From positions 1 to 47,275 of the IMG/VR virus record IMGVR_UViG_3300027711_000003: a DNA stretch of 47,275 bases. One strand, given 5' to 3'. This DNA is from a virus (lineage: Duplodnaviria; Caudoviricetes). Under the pieces are notes generated by a model. The model saw nothing but the letters and a program-made list of their open reading frames with translations, was not told the origin of the DNA and ran no database searches. The translations under genes and the position numbers were made by a program. Of this stretch, positions 36,293 to 43,964 are shown piece after piece (position 1 is the first letter of the stretch; every line of letters starts with the position of its first letter).

Positions 36293-36397
36293 TCAGTTGT
36301 CAGGTTGGCTTGCCCATATCAGTAAAGATACAATCCCAATACCCACCACGGTTGCTGCTAAGATGCCGACAATATCGGCTGCCTCAGGGCTTAACAT
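36293..36397 (-). CDS. Small single-pass membrane protein (34 aa; not in ORF track)
   Basis: MLSPEAADIVGILAATVVGIGIVSLLIWASQPDN, with GAGGGGG RBS. Confidence 0.55.
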   Translation of the reverse strand: MLSPEAADIVGILAATVVGIGIVSLLIWASQPDN

Positions 36398-36448
36398 ACT
36401 ACGCACCCCCTCAAGAGTCAAGGAGGGCCGGAGCCCTCCTCCCTATAG

Positions 36449-37621
36449 TTATGCGGCATCAGCCACTTGCATCAGGTTATCTTTAGCCTCAACCAAGGAC
36501 GGATAGGCGGCATGGTCAGAGGAATACCCAGCCTTGACCAGGGCGCGGAAAGCCTTTCGGACCTGGGCAGGGTCGCCGCCCTGCTCTGCGCTCAGGCCGA
36601 GCCGTGCGTACAGGCAGTCGCTGCTGAACTGCGGCAGCATGGGTGCCTGTGCCTTGCCCTTCGCCTTGCTCTCGCGCTCCTGGCGAGCGGCAGCCAGCTC
36701 GGCTTGCAGCTCAGAGACCAGCTCACGGAGCCGCTGCACCTCGGGGTCGGCCTCAGCCTGGGTCAGCTTGGGCGGGTCGGTCGGTGCATCGCCGGAGCCA
36801 GTCGCGGGATTCCAGGGAGCGCCCTCGTCGTCGCCCAGCGGTGCGGTGTGACGGACGTTCTCGTTGGCACCTGTAGACTGGGCAGCCTCCTGCTGGTCGT
36901 CCTCCTCGGGCTCCTCCTCGGCGCCCCTGGCCATGCTCTGCACAGCCTTGCCGGTAAGTGCCTCGCCATTTTCAACAGTCTCGCGGGCCTTTTGCTTGAC
37001 CTCCTCAGGCATACCAGCCAGCTTGCTCAGCACGTTGATGCTTTGGCCAGCCAGGATGTCGTCGTGCTGGAACTCATCGGCCACTTTCATCAGCCGATAG
37101 ACATAAGCCTTCTTGAATCCGAACTTTTCATCCGCCCATGCCAGGAACTCCTTAGCATTATCGAACTCATCCCGTGCTTCATTCAGCAACTGGCCGACAC
37201 TCAGGAGGGAGGTTGCAGCGGTGGTCATCAGCTCCTTGATGGTGCTTTCAATCTCAGGGAGTCGTGCAATAGCCTGCTCAGAATTACCTTCAGTCACAAT
37301 TTTCTCCTCATCAGCGATGTCTTCAGCTTCAGCCAGGTCGGTCAGAAGTTGTTCAAGAATAGCGGCTGCCTTTTTCTTGGCATTCCAGGGAGCAGATTGC
37401 ATCAGCTCCTCAGCCACTTCGAATGCAGTCTCAGCCTTCACCAGGGCAGAGCCCTTGTCTTTCAGATGCTGCTGGAGGTTTCGGAGACGAGTCCGGTGCT
37501 TGTCCAGTACACCAGGCTTTGATCCAGCCGAGCGTACGTCACGAGGGATAGCACCCTCAGTGAGTTGCACAGAGATGTCTTCACGAACGTCAGCGATGGT
37601 GTCAAGGATTACATTTGCCAT
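36449..37621 (-). CDS. DUF3102-like protein with C-terminal J-like domain
   Basis: VGQLLNEAR...EFLAWADEKFGFKKAYVYRLMKVA follows the DUF3102 pattern. The C-terminal LYARLGL...QVRKAFRALVK resembles J-domain helices but has no HPD. Confidence 0.65.
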   Translation of the reverse strand: MANVILDTIADVREDISVQLTEGAIPRDVRSAGSKPGVLDKHRTRLRNLQQHLKDKGSALVKAETAFEVAEELMQSAPWNAKKKAAAILEQLLTDLAEAEDIADEEKIVTEGNSEQAIARLPEIESTIKELMTTAATSLLSVGQLLNEARDEFDNAKEFLAWADEKFGFKKAYVYRLMKVADEFQHDDILAGQSINVLSKLAGMPEEVKQKARETVENGEALTGKAVQSMARGAEEEPEEDDQQEAAQSTGANENVRHTAPLGDDEGAPWNPATGSGDAPTDPPKLTQAEADPEVQRLRELVSELQAELAAARQERESKAKGKAQAPMLPQFSSDCLYARLGLSAEQGGDPAQVRKAFRALVKAGYSSDHAAYPSLVEAKDNLMQVADAA

Positions 37622-37706
37622 TGTCTTCGCCTATCAGGTCGGTTGGTTGTCGGAGCTTGGCGCTCCCTCTACTGCCCTCGTATCATAGCAAGGGCAGCAG
37701 GGAACG

Positions 37707-38015
37707 TCAACCAGCGATGGTCTCTGGTTTGTATTCGTTTGCGGCAGCCATCATCCAAAGGGACTTCAGGTACACGATAGCGGCATTCAGCCTGGTGTCA
37801 GACTTTGGGTCAATGGTATCCAGGTCGCGGCGCACGCCTTCATAGTACGCGATGGCATCGGCCAAGGCAGCCTTCCAGCCCTCTTCCCTGACGATATGCG
37901 GCAGCAGTGACACAGTGTAAGGGGTCTCGCCAATGAATTGTCCAGGCACAGCTATCTCGGTCAGCGAGAGGCGGCTGCTAACAGTCACTCGGGTCTTAGC
38001 ATCTTGATTTTTCAT
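37707..38015 (-). CDS. Hypothetical early protein
   Basis: 102 aa with GAGGTG RBS. Confidence 0.75.
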   Translation of the reverse strand: MKNQDAKTRVTVSSRLSLTEIAVPGQFIGETPYTVSLLPHIVREEGWKAALADAIAYYEGVRRDLDTIDPKSDTRLNAAIVYLKSLWMMAAANEYKPETIAG

Positions 38016-38105
38016 AAGGCACCTCAGATAGGGTAGGTTTCAAGGTGGCCCACAACCCCCAGGGCCACGATCAGACTAGCAAAGATCAGCCAACCTTTCA
38101 AGCGA

Positions 38106-38309
38106 TCAGACATAATAAATATATCCTTTCTTCCATTTCTTCCAGCCAAGGTGGGCGCATTCTGGTACATGTACGATCCTGCGCTCCCCCTTGTCAGAGG
38201 TCACGGAGAAGAGGTTGTCATCAAAATCCTCCTCCAGCACGTAACGCTTGCCAGTGGTCAGCCATTCCGGCGTTTCTTCATAGGTCACAATGTAATCAGG
38301 AGTTCTCAT
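38106..38309 (-). CDS. Hypothetical early protein
   Basis: 67 aa with GAGGTG RBS and an ATGA overlap. Confidence 0.7.
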   Translation of the reverse strand: MRTPDYIVTYEETPEWLTTGKRYVLEEDFDDNLFSVTSDKGERRIVHVPECAHLGWKKWKKGYIYYV

Positions 38310-38632
38310 GATTGCACCTCAGGTGTCACGTTAATGGTATCGCCAGTGTCGTCGCATTGCATCGGCGCTTCTGTATTCTTACAGAATGCAACCGGAGTCC
38401 ATTGCAGGTCAGACGGATCAGGATCAGCGTAGTCTATAAGTGTAGACAAGATCAGTTGCCGGTTGGCACGTGCAGCCTTCAAGCCTATGACACCACCATC
38501 AGCCATCTGAAAGTAAAGGCACCCTTCTTTGGCATGGTAGTCTTCAATCTCAGATTCGTAAGACTTCATAGAATCCGTGATGTCCATCCAGTGTTCAAAG
38601 TCGCTAGGGCATTCGATCAGTTCAATGTCCAT
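38306..38632 (-). CDS. Hypothetical early protein (acidic)
   Basis: Probable start MDIELIE after AGGTG. Confidence 0.65.
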   Translation of the reverse strand: MDIELIECPSDFEHWMDITDSMKSYESEIEDYHAKEGCLYFQMADGGVIGLKAARANRQLILSTLIDYADPDPSDLQWTPVAFCKNTEAPMQCDDTGDTINVTPEVQS

Positions 38633-38730
38633 TCTGTCACCTATCGGGTCGGTTGTCTTTGGCGCTTGGATTGACTTAGCACCCGTAGCAGGCCCCGGAA
38701 TCCAGGGCCTACCGGCTGTTAAGTACAGGC

Positions 38731-39117
38731 TTACCAACGGTCGATCAGCGTACCGGCTTGGAAGGTCGCTGCGCCTGTCCAGGGAATCAGGGTCTCAGTG
38801 TCCTGACTCAGGTCATCGAAGAACCATTCCCAGTCACGCTGTACAATGCGCCAGGCTGGAGCGAACTCGGAGAGCAAGGCATTCAGCCTGGATTTTGTAG
38901 TAACGGTGCTGTAACCGCAATCCATGATGTCGAGCTGGTTCAGTGAGCGATTGTAGGTCGCAATATGGTTACCGTGCAGGTATACCCTAGCTACCAAGTC
39001 GCATTCCATAATGCTAACTTTACCAGCCATCGGCAGCAGTTCGACGCAAGTATTACCTTTATTGAACTCAGTTTGAGTCTGGATAGCGTTTAGCATTTGA
39101 GATTCAATCTTACGCAT
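38731..39117 (-). CDS. Conserved phage hypothetical protein
   Basis: MRKIE...YLHGNHIA...GYSTVTTKSRLNAL, with GAGGTG RBS. Confidence 0.75.
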   Translation of the reverse strand: MRKIESQMLNAIQTQTEFNKGNTCVELLPMAGKVSIMECDLVARVYLHGNHIATYNRSLNQLDIMDCGYSTVTTKSRLNALLSEFAPAWRIVQRDWEWFFDDLSQDTETLIPWTGAATFQAGTLIDRW

Positions 39118-39208
39118 TGTAATCACCTCAGGTTGTTCAGTCGATAGGCGTATCCTACCCTCTACTGGCCCCTGAGTCAAGGGCCAGCAGGCTAGGTTAT
39201 GCCATAGG

Positions 39209-39601
39209 TCATGCCAGTTTCATGTAAACTACGTCAGGTCCGCCCGGAGTCCAATTCGGCTCCCGCTTGACCTCCACGAATCCATTCTTTGCATAGAACT
39301 CGGTCAAGAATCCATCGAAACAGTCAAGGTATTCAGCGCCGCACTGCTTAGCTATCTGGATCAGCTCGCGGCCCTGTCCTTTGACGGTGCTAAAAACTGC
39401 TATCAGCTCGCCACCATTCTTGACAATAAAGCCCGCTGTCCCATCGTCAGCCAGCATAAAGCGGTCGTGTTGGTTGGTAGCCTGGTTAATTTCAGCGACC
39501 GAGCTAGTCGCCTCCCGGACCTTTGCAGACTCTTCACGAGCAGTTGCGAAGTTCACGATAAAAGCGAGTTTATCCACAGCTTGCATTTTCATGCTTGTCA
39601 C
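39209..39601 (-). CDS. First early gene; GNAT-like acetyltransferase fold
   Basis: VFSTVKGQGRELI...LDCFDGFLTEFYAKNGF resembles GNAT motifs A/B. Confidence 0.6.
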   Translation of the reverse strand: MTSMKMQAVDKLAFIVNFATAREESAKVREATSSVAEINQATNQHDRFMLADDGTAGFIVKNGGELIAVFSTVKGQGRELIQIAKQCGAEYLDCFDGFLTEFYAKNGFVEVKREPNWTPGGPDVVYMKLA

Positions 39602-39803
39602 CTTCTGGTCAGTGCAAAATACCCGAGCCTATCTCAGATACTTTGGCCTGACCAGGGCCGCCGGTTTCCCCATGCACTACCTGGGACGAGTCGTGACTAC
39701 GAGTCACTTTCCGGTATCGCTCGGTCCGATTCTATCGGCAGCGGACCTCAGCCTGCCTGACACTGAATTACTACCGCTGGTGCAGTGCCTCACCTTGGTC
39801 ACC

Positions 39804-40445
39804 ATGTTACAGGCTGGCTTGGTGCCTGTCAAGTCTTGTCTTGCTGGGCGACTTGATGCCCTTCGAATGAGTAGCCTAGCCTTGCTAGGTCGTGTCGCTT
39901 CTCAGCGAGTTGGTTACATCTTAGCAGCCTTGATTCTGCCTGTCAAGTCTTTTGTTTATCCTGCCCGCTTGCTTTGGCAGCTTGTCTACAATTGTAGACT
40001 TTCCTACTTCAGCTTGTCAAGCTCGGTCATCCTGACCCGATTAGAACTGTTCCTGTCCGCCTGACTTGCCTTTCATGCTAGACGTTCTGTTGCCGGGTGT
40101 CAAGCCCCGCTACTCCCTTTGTTTAGGTCCGTCGAGTAGCTACCGTGGACCCGGATCGAGTGCCTTGTGGCAACAGCTCCGATTGCTTGGCTTTCATCTT
40201 AGCTCAGTGAATCCAGCCTGTCAAGCCTTCCGAGCTTCTGGTCAACCTTGGCGCATTGCCCAGTATGGGATGCCTTGCCTTGGTTTCCAATGGCGAGCCC
40301 GTCGCTTCACAAGGCTGCCCGGATTGCTTGGCTTTCATCATAGTTCTTCGATTCCAGCCTGTCAAGCCTTGGCGTGCAATTCGTTCGAATCTTGTTTGCC
40401 TTGGCTTGTGTGGTGAACCTTAGCGAACCTTTGCGAACCTGTCAA
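39804..40445 (-). promoter_or_regulatory. Array of seven host sigma70 early promoters
   Basis: TTGACA -35 boxes (plus-strand TGTCAA) at 39827, 39941, 40015, 40098, 40219, 40360 and 40440. Their -10 boxes are TAACAT, TAAGAT, TACAAT, TAGCAT, TAAGAT, TATGAT and TAAGGT, at 17 bp spacing (one at 18). Confidence 0.9.
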
Positions 40446-40480
40446 GCCTTGCCTTTGCTTGGATGTCTACAGGTGTAGAC

Positions 40481-40782
40481 AAGGACAGACCAGGACAACC
40501 AGGACAACCAGGACAGACCAGGACAGACCAGGACAGACCAGGACAGACCAGGACAACCAGGACAGACCAGGACAACCAGGACAACCAGGACAACCAGGAC
40601 AACCAGGACAACCAGGACAACCAGGACAACCAGGACAACCAGGACAACCAGGACAGACCAGGACAACCAGGACAACCAGGACAACCAGGACAACCAGGAC
40701 AACACAAGGACAGCACAAGGGAAGAATAGGACAGCACAAGGAAGGAAAGGACAGGATAACAAGGACAGGATAACAAGGACAG
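40481..40782. repeat. Tandem 9/10-bp repeat CCAGGACAA / CCAGGACAGA
   Basis: About 24 contiguous units to ~40702, then 5 degenerate AGGACA units. Confidence 0.95.
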
Positions 40783-40820
40783 ATGCACCCAGGCACTTAT
40801 CCACAGGCTTATCCACAAGC

Positions 40821-40940
40821 TAAGTCCTTGATTTCACAAGGGAATCCCGACTTATCCACAGGATATGCACAGGCTCCTGGCCCTCGCGGACATCCCAGGA
40901 CACGTGATGTTATAACATAACAAAACGCAAGTGCCTGATT
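40821..40940 (-). promoter_or_regulatory. Two IHF consensus sites
   Basis: AATCAAGGACTTA (40821-40833) and AATCAGGCACTTG (40928-40940) match WATCARNNNNTTR. Confidence 0.55.
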
Positions 40941-41280
40941 CACAAGGGATTCCGGTATCCCGATGAAATGTTATAACATAACAAAAGAGGGCAGGCGAGT
41001 CGCCCGACGCCCCGGTTCTCCACAGGATACGCACAGGTTATCCACAGAACGGTCCACAGGCCGCCCAGGAGGCCCCAGGAGCCACGATCTGTCCACAGGA
41101 TACCCACAGGGCGGCCCAGGCCGAGAGGCCCGCACAGCGCGGCACAGGGCGATCTGTCCACAGGCCGTCCCGGTTGTCCACAGGTTCAAGCCCTTGTATG
41201 CACAGAATGCAATGTTATACTATAACAATACCCTGCCCGTGTCGCCCGCTACGCCCTGTGATGTTATAACATAACGGAAG
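40904..41280. promoter_or_regulatory. Four Zur-box-like 23-bp sites
   Basis: Sites at 40904-40926, 40965-40987, 41209-41231 and 41258-41280 resemble the gammaproteobacterial Zur consensus GAAATGTTATA-N-TATAACATTTC. Confidence 0.7.
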
Positions 41281-41523
41281 GAGTCCACAGGCTGTCCACA
41301 GGGCGTCCACAGCTTTCCCACAGGATACCCACAGGATGTCCACAGGCCAAGGACGGCACGGGGGACGCGGGACTTCGCCTGCGGCGAGAACTGCCCGCAC
41401 AATTCCGTACCAAGTTTTGCATCTGGAATAATCCCTTGTAACCTCCTGAGATGATACATCTAACCTGAGGACTCCCAGTAGTCCTATAACAACTAGAACT
41501 TCCACAGAGAGTCCACAGGATTA

Positions 41524-41715
41524 CTACAACTTCTTAGTCATTACCTTCTGGGCTACATTACTAAAGAAGTATCCCCCTAACAAAAGATAGGTTAGAGTCT
41601 CGAAGGACGACGCAGGTAACTTATCTACGATGAGGAGTACAGTAAGCACTGCTTGCCAGAACATAGCCGACCAGAACTTACGGGAACTCCATCTACCCTT
41701 AGTCTCTTCCTTCAT
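41524..41715 (-). CDS. Small two-TM holin-like protein
   Basis: SRKFW followed by two hydrophobic helices and a basic tail. Lies directly after the endolysin. Confidence 0.6.
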   Translation of the reverse strand: MKEETKGRWSSRKFWSAMFWQAVLTVLLIVDKLPASSFETLTYLLLGGYFFSNVAQKVMTKKL

Positions 41716-42260
41716 AGAACTTGGTCTGCTAGTGTATCTGCTAGAGCAGCTACCAGCTCATCCTTGTACTTAAAGTATCTGTCCAAGTCATCCTTGTTGG
41801 TGATGAAGAAGAGTTCAACAATCAAGCCATCTGCCTGTCCTACAAAGGCTAGTCTACTGTGCTGACCTGATCCTTCACCCTTCGTGCCTCTGTTGGCAAT
41901 GCCGAGGGTAGAAGATACCGTGTCGCAAATAGCATAAGCCAAGGTTGAGGACTCACCAAGAGTCTCTACACCTGTTGCACCAGGGTCGGTAAAGGCATTG
42001 CAGTGCAGCTCGATAGCTTCATCATACTCCTTAGCCATCTCTACTGCCTGTCGAAGAGGTAGGTTCTCACCCTTCTCTCCGTCCATGCCAATTACTACAC
42101 CCCTAGCTCGAAGGGCTTTGCAGAGTCTGTCACGTAGATCAAGTACAATATCTGCTTCAGTATACCCATGCCCTGAGGCACCTGGGTCGCTGTAGCTATG
42201 CCCTGCTGCAATGAACAGGGACTTGCGTTGCTTGGCTGTCTCTCTCTTGAAGTCGGTCAT
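41712..42260 (-). CDS. Endolysin, N-acetylmuramoyl-L-alanine amidase (Amidase_3)
   Basis: AGH..SDPGA...TEA, IELHCNA...ATGVE and LIVELFFITN motifs. Confidence 0.92.
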   Translation of the reverse strand: MTDFKRETAKQRKSLFIAAGHSYSDPGASGHGYTEADIVLDLRDRLCKALRARGVVIGMDGEKGENLPLRQAVEMAKEYDEAIELHCNAFTDPGATGVETLGESSTLAYAICDTVSSTLGIANRGTKGEGSGQHSRLAFVGQADGLIVELFFITNKDDLDRYFKYKDELVAALADTLADQVL

Positions 42261-42263
42261 GTC

Positions 42264-42716
42264 TTAGTCCTTCCTTCGTCTTATCTTGTTAATGAACTTA
42301 GCAATCTCAGGAGCGCCAGGAGAGAGAAATAGAAGAAGAAGGAATAGCCAGTACATACCAGGCACTTTGTCTATTTGTAAGGACTCGGCAGAGAAGTCTG
42401 AGAGCGACACGCCAGCACCAGTACCCTTCTCGGTACTCGACACGCTAGAGTCGCTAGTTGACTGGACGTTCGACACGCCACTGACTTCACTTACTTCTAC
42501 TCCTGCATCTGTCTCTGTTCGTTGCTCACGCTCTTCGACACTCCGGTTGCTTACTACTGCGTCACCCTCTGCCACGTTCTCTGCACCAATCTGGGCTGTG
42601 GCGTCCACAGACGGCCCTGACGGCCCGAGAGCGGATAACCCTGCACCTATGCCCTGCATCGCGCTGCACGCGCTCAGAGAGGCGCACACGGCGATTACGG
42701 CTATGGCTCTAGTCAC
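42264..42716 (-). CDS. Unimolecular spanin (u-spanin)
   Basis: N-terminal lipobox LSAC, beta-rich middle region, C-terminal TM (YWLFLLLLFL) and basic tail. Adjacent to the endolysin. Confidence 0.78.
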   Translation of the reverse strand: MTRAIAVIAVCASLSACSAMQGIGAGLSALGPSGPSVDATAQIGAENVAEGDAVVSNRSVEEREQRTETDAGVEVSEVSGVSNVQSTSDSSVSSTEKGTGAGVSLSDFSAESLQIDKVPGMYWLFLLLLFLSPGAPEIAKFINKIRRRKD

Positions 42717-42775
42717 AGCGTACGCTCCTCCTGTTGATTGTTCTAGTAAACATTATTTAGGAACTTTATTCCAGT

Positions 42776-42811
42776 AAACAAAAATAGCCCCATCCGCGAG
42801 GGACAGGGCTA
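42776..42811 (-). terminator. Rho-independent terminator
   Basis: Minus strand reads TAGCCCTGTCC-CTCGC-GGATGGGGCTA-TTTTTGTTT. Confidence 0.85.
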
Positions 42812-42850
42812 AAGCAGGGCTCCTCACGGAGAGCCTGATGTTCTTTGTTA

Positions 42851-43282
42851 CTAGGCACCTTCTAGTGCTTCCACGCGAGCAACAAGGTCGTTCCACTGGG
42901 CCTCGGTGGGGAATCCGTCTGCACCGTCTGCACCATCGGCACCGTCTGCACCCGCTGGCCCTTGCGGGCCTTCATCACCCTGCGGGCCTTGTGGGCCTTG
43001 TGGGCCTTGTGGGCCTTCTGCTCCATCTGCGCCGTCAGCTCCGTCCGCTCCATCTGCACCCGCGCCGGAAACCCACTCATCATCTGGAGCAGAGCCAGTG
43101 GCGATGTAGAAGGTGTAGTCACTACCAAGAATGCCAGCGCCTTCCTTCTTACCAGACAGGTGAGCTTGGTTAATCATGGCGTCAGGGTTGGTGAGGTCTG
43201 CGACATCGACCATTGTGTAAGGGAACGCAGTCGCTTTAACGTCGTAAGACTGGTTGTTATTGATGTCCCCTAAGATAGGCAT
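42851..43282 (-). CDS. Collagen-repeat virion protein (paralogue of 43330-43584)
   Basis: Shared N-domain ([13 protein letters not shown]...LSGKK.GAG), about 16 Gly-X-Y triplets and a C-terminal coiled coil. Confidence 0.75.
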   Translation of the reverse strand: MPILGDINNNQSYDVKATAFPYTMVDVADLTNPDAMINQAHLSGKKEGAGILGSDYTFYIATGSAPDDEWVSGAGADGADGADGADGAEGPQGPQGPQGPQGDEGPQGPAGADGADGADGADGFPTEAQWNDLVARVEALEGA

Positions 43283-43294
43283 AGTAATGTCCTC

Positions 43295-43317
43295 ATAACA
43301 ACCCGCCTTTCGGCGGG
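43295..43317 (-). terminator. Weak terminator-like hairpin between the paralogues
   Basis: Minus strand reads CCCGCC-GAAA-GGCGGG-TTGTTAT. Confidence 0.55.
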
Positions 43318-43329
43318 ATGGGTTAATAG

Positions 43330-43584
43330 TTACGCAGGTGTGATGTCGTTAGTGCCGTCACCGCCTACAAGAACCCACGGGTCAGCCGGGGCGCTGCCGG
43401 TAGCTACGTACAAATTGTAGTCACTACCGATAATGCCTGCACCGTCTTTCTTGCCAGATAGATAAGTCTGGTTAATCATGGCATCTTGGTCGGATAGCTG
43501 GGCAAGCTCTACCTTAGTGTAAGGAAAGGCAGTGGCTTTGGTGTCGTAAGATTGATTCTGGGTAAGATCGCCTGTTACTGGCAT
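43330..43584 (-). CDS. Small putative capsid decoration/virion protein
   Basis: 84 aa with strong AAGGAG RBS, downstream of two phage promoters. Confidence 0.6.
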   Translation of the reverse strand: MPVTGDLTQNQSYDTKATAFPYTKVELAQLSDQDAMINQTYLSGKKDGAGIIGSDYNLYVATGSAPADPWVLVGGDGTNDITPA

Positions 43585-43718
43585 TGTGGTTTCTCCTTCT
43601 AAGAGTAAATTGAAGATGTCTTACATGCCTCCCCGGAGGGAGGACTTACTGCAACGACCTGACCAGAAGGAGACAGCCTACTGGACGTTAGGGATTACAG
43701 GAATATTTCTCTTCCTTC

Positions 43719-43739
43719 CCTCTTATAGTGGCGGCTATT
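43719..43739 (-). promoter_or_regulatory. Phage RNAP promoter
   Basis: AATAGCCGCCACTATAAGAGG. Confidence 0.8.
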
Positions 43740-43749
43740 GCAGAAAGTG

Positions 43750-43778
43750 TTGACACCTTGGGAAAGATATGTTATAAA
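43750..43778 (+). promoter_or_regulatory. Antisense host sigma70 promoter
   Basis: TTGACA-N17-TATAAA with an extended -10 TG. Confidence 0.6.
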
Positions 43779-43910
43779 CAGCCATCCCTACCGGGACATC
43801 CTGGGAATACTAGGACGTTCTGGGACGTTATATGAATCTGGTATATAGGGAATAGATCATATAATAGGGCTGGAGTGACTCTTCCTCTCTGACCAAGGCC
43901 GTCGAGTTCT

Positions 43911-43931
43911 CGTCTTATAGTGGCGGGTAAT
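43911..43931 (-). promoter_or_regulatory. Phage RNAP promoter with adjacent palindrome (43937-43952)
   Basis: ATTACCCGCCACTATAAGACG. Confidence 0.78.
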
Positions 43932-43964
43932 ACCGAGTCTACAGTTGTAGACCCGGAATCCCGG

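Larger units (their letters stand above)
40797..41520 (+). promoter_or_regulatory. Co-oriented DnaA-box-like array
   Basis: Perfect TTATCCACA at 40797, 40809, 40852 and 41038, plus about 15 degenerate CCACAG units. Six of these are in exact 11-bp phase (41285-41340). Confidence 0.75.

Noticed and set aside
39570-39578. Isolated TTATCCACA inside the first early gene
   Set aside because: Single copy explained by codons (VDK). Not counted in the array.
40420-40818. Low-complexity ORFs (PGQ, QDN, LSW, CPG repeats) in several frames
   Set aside because: Translation artefacts of the stop-free 9/10-bp tandem repeat.
40481-41345. CRISPR array
   Set aside because: Units are 9-11 bp without unique spacers, and there are no cas genes.
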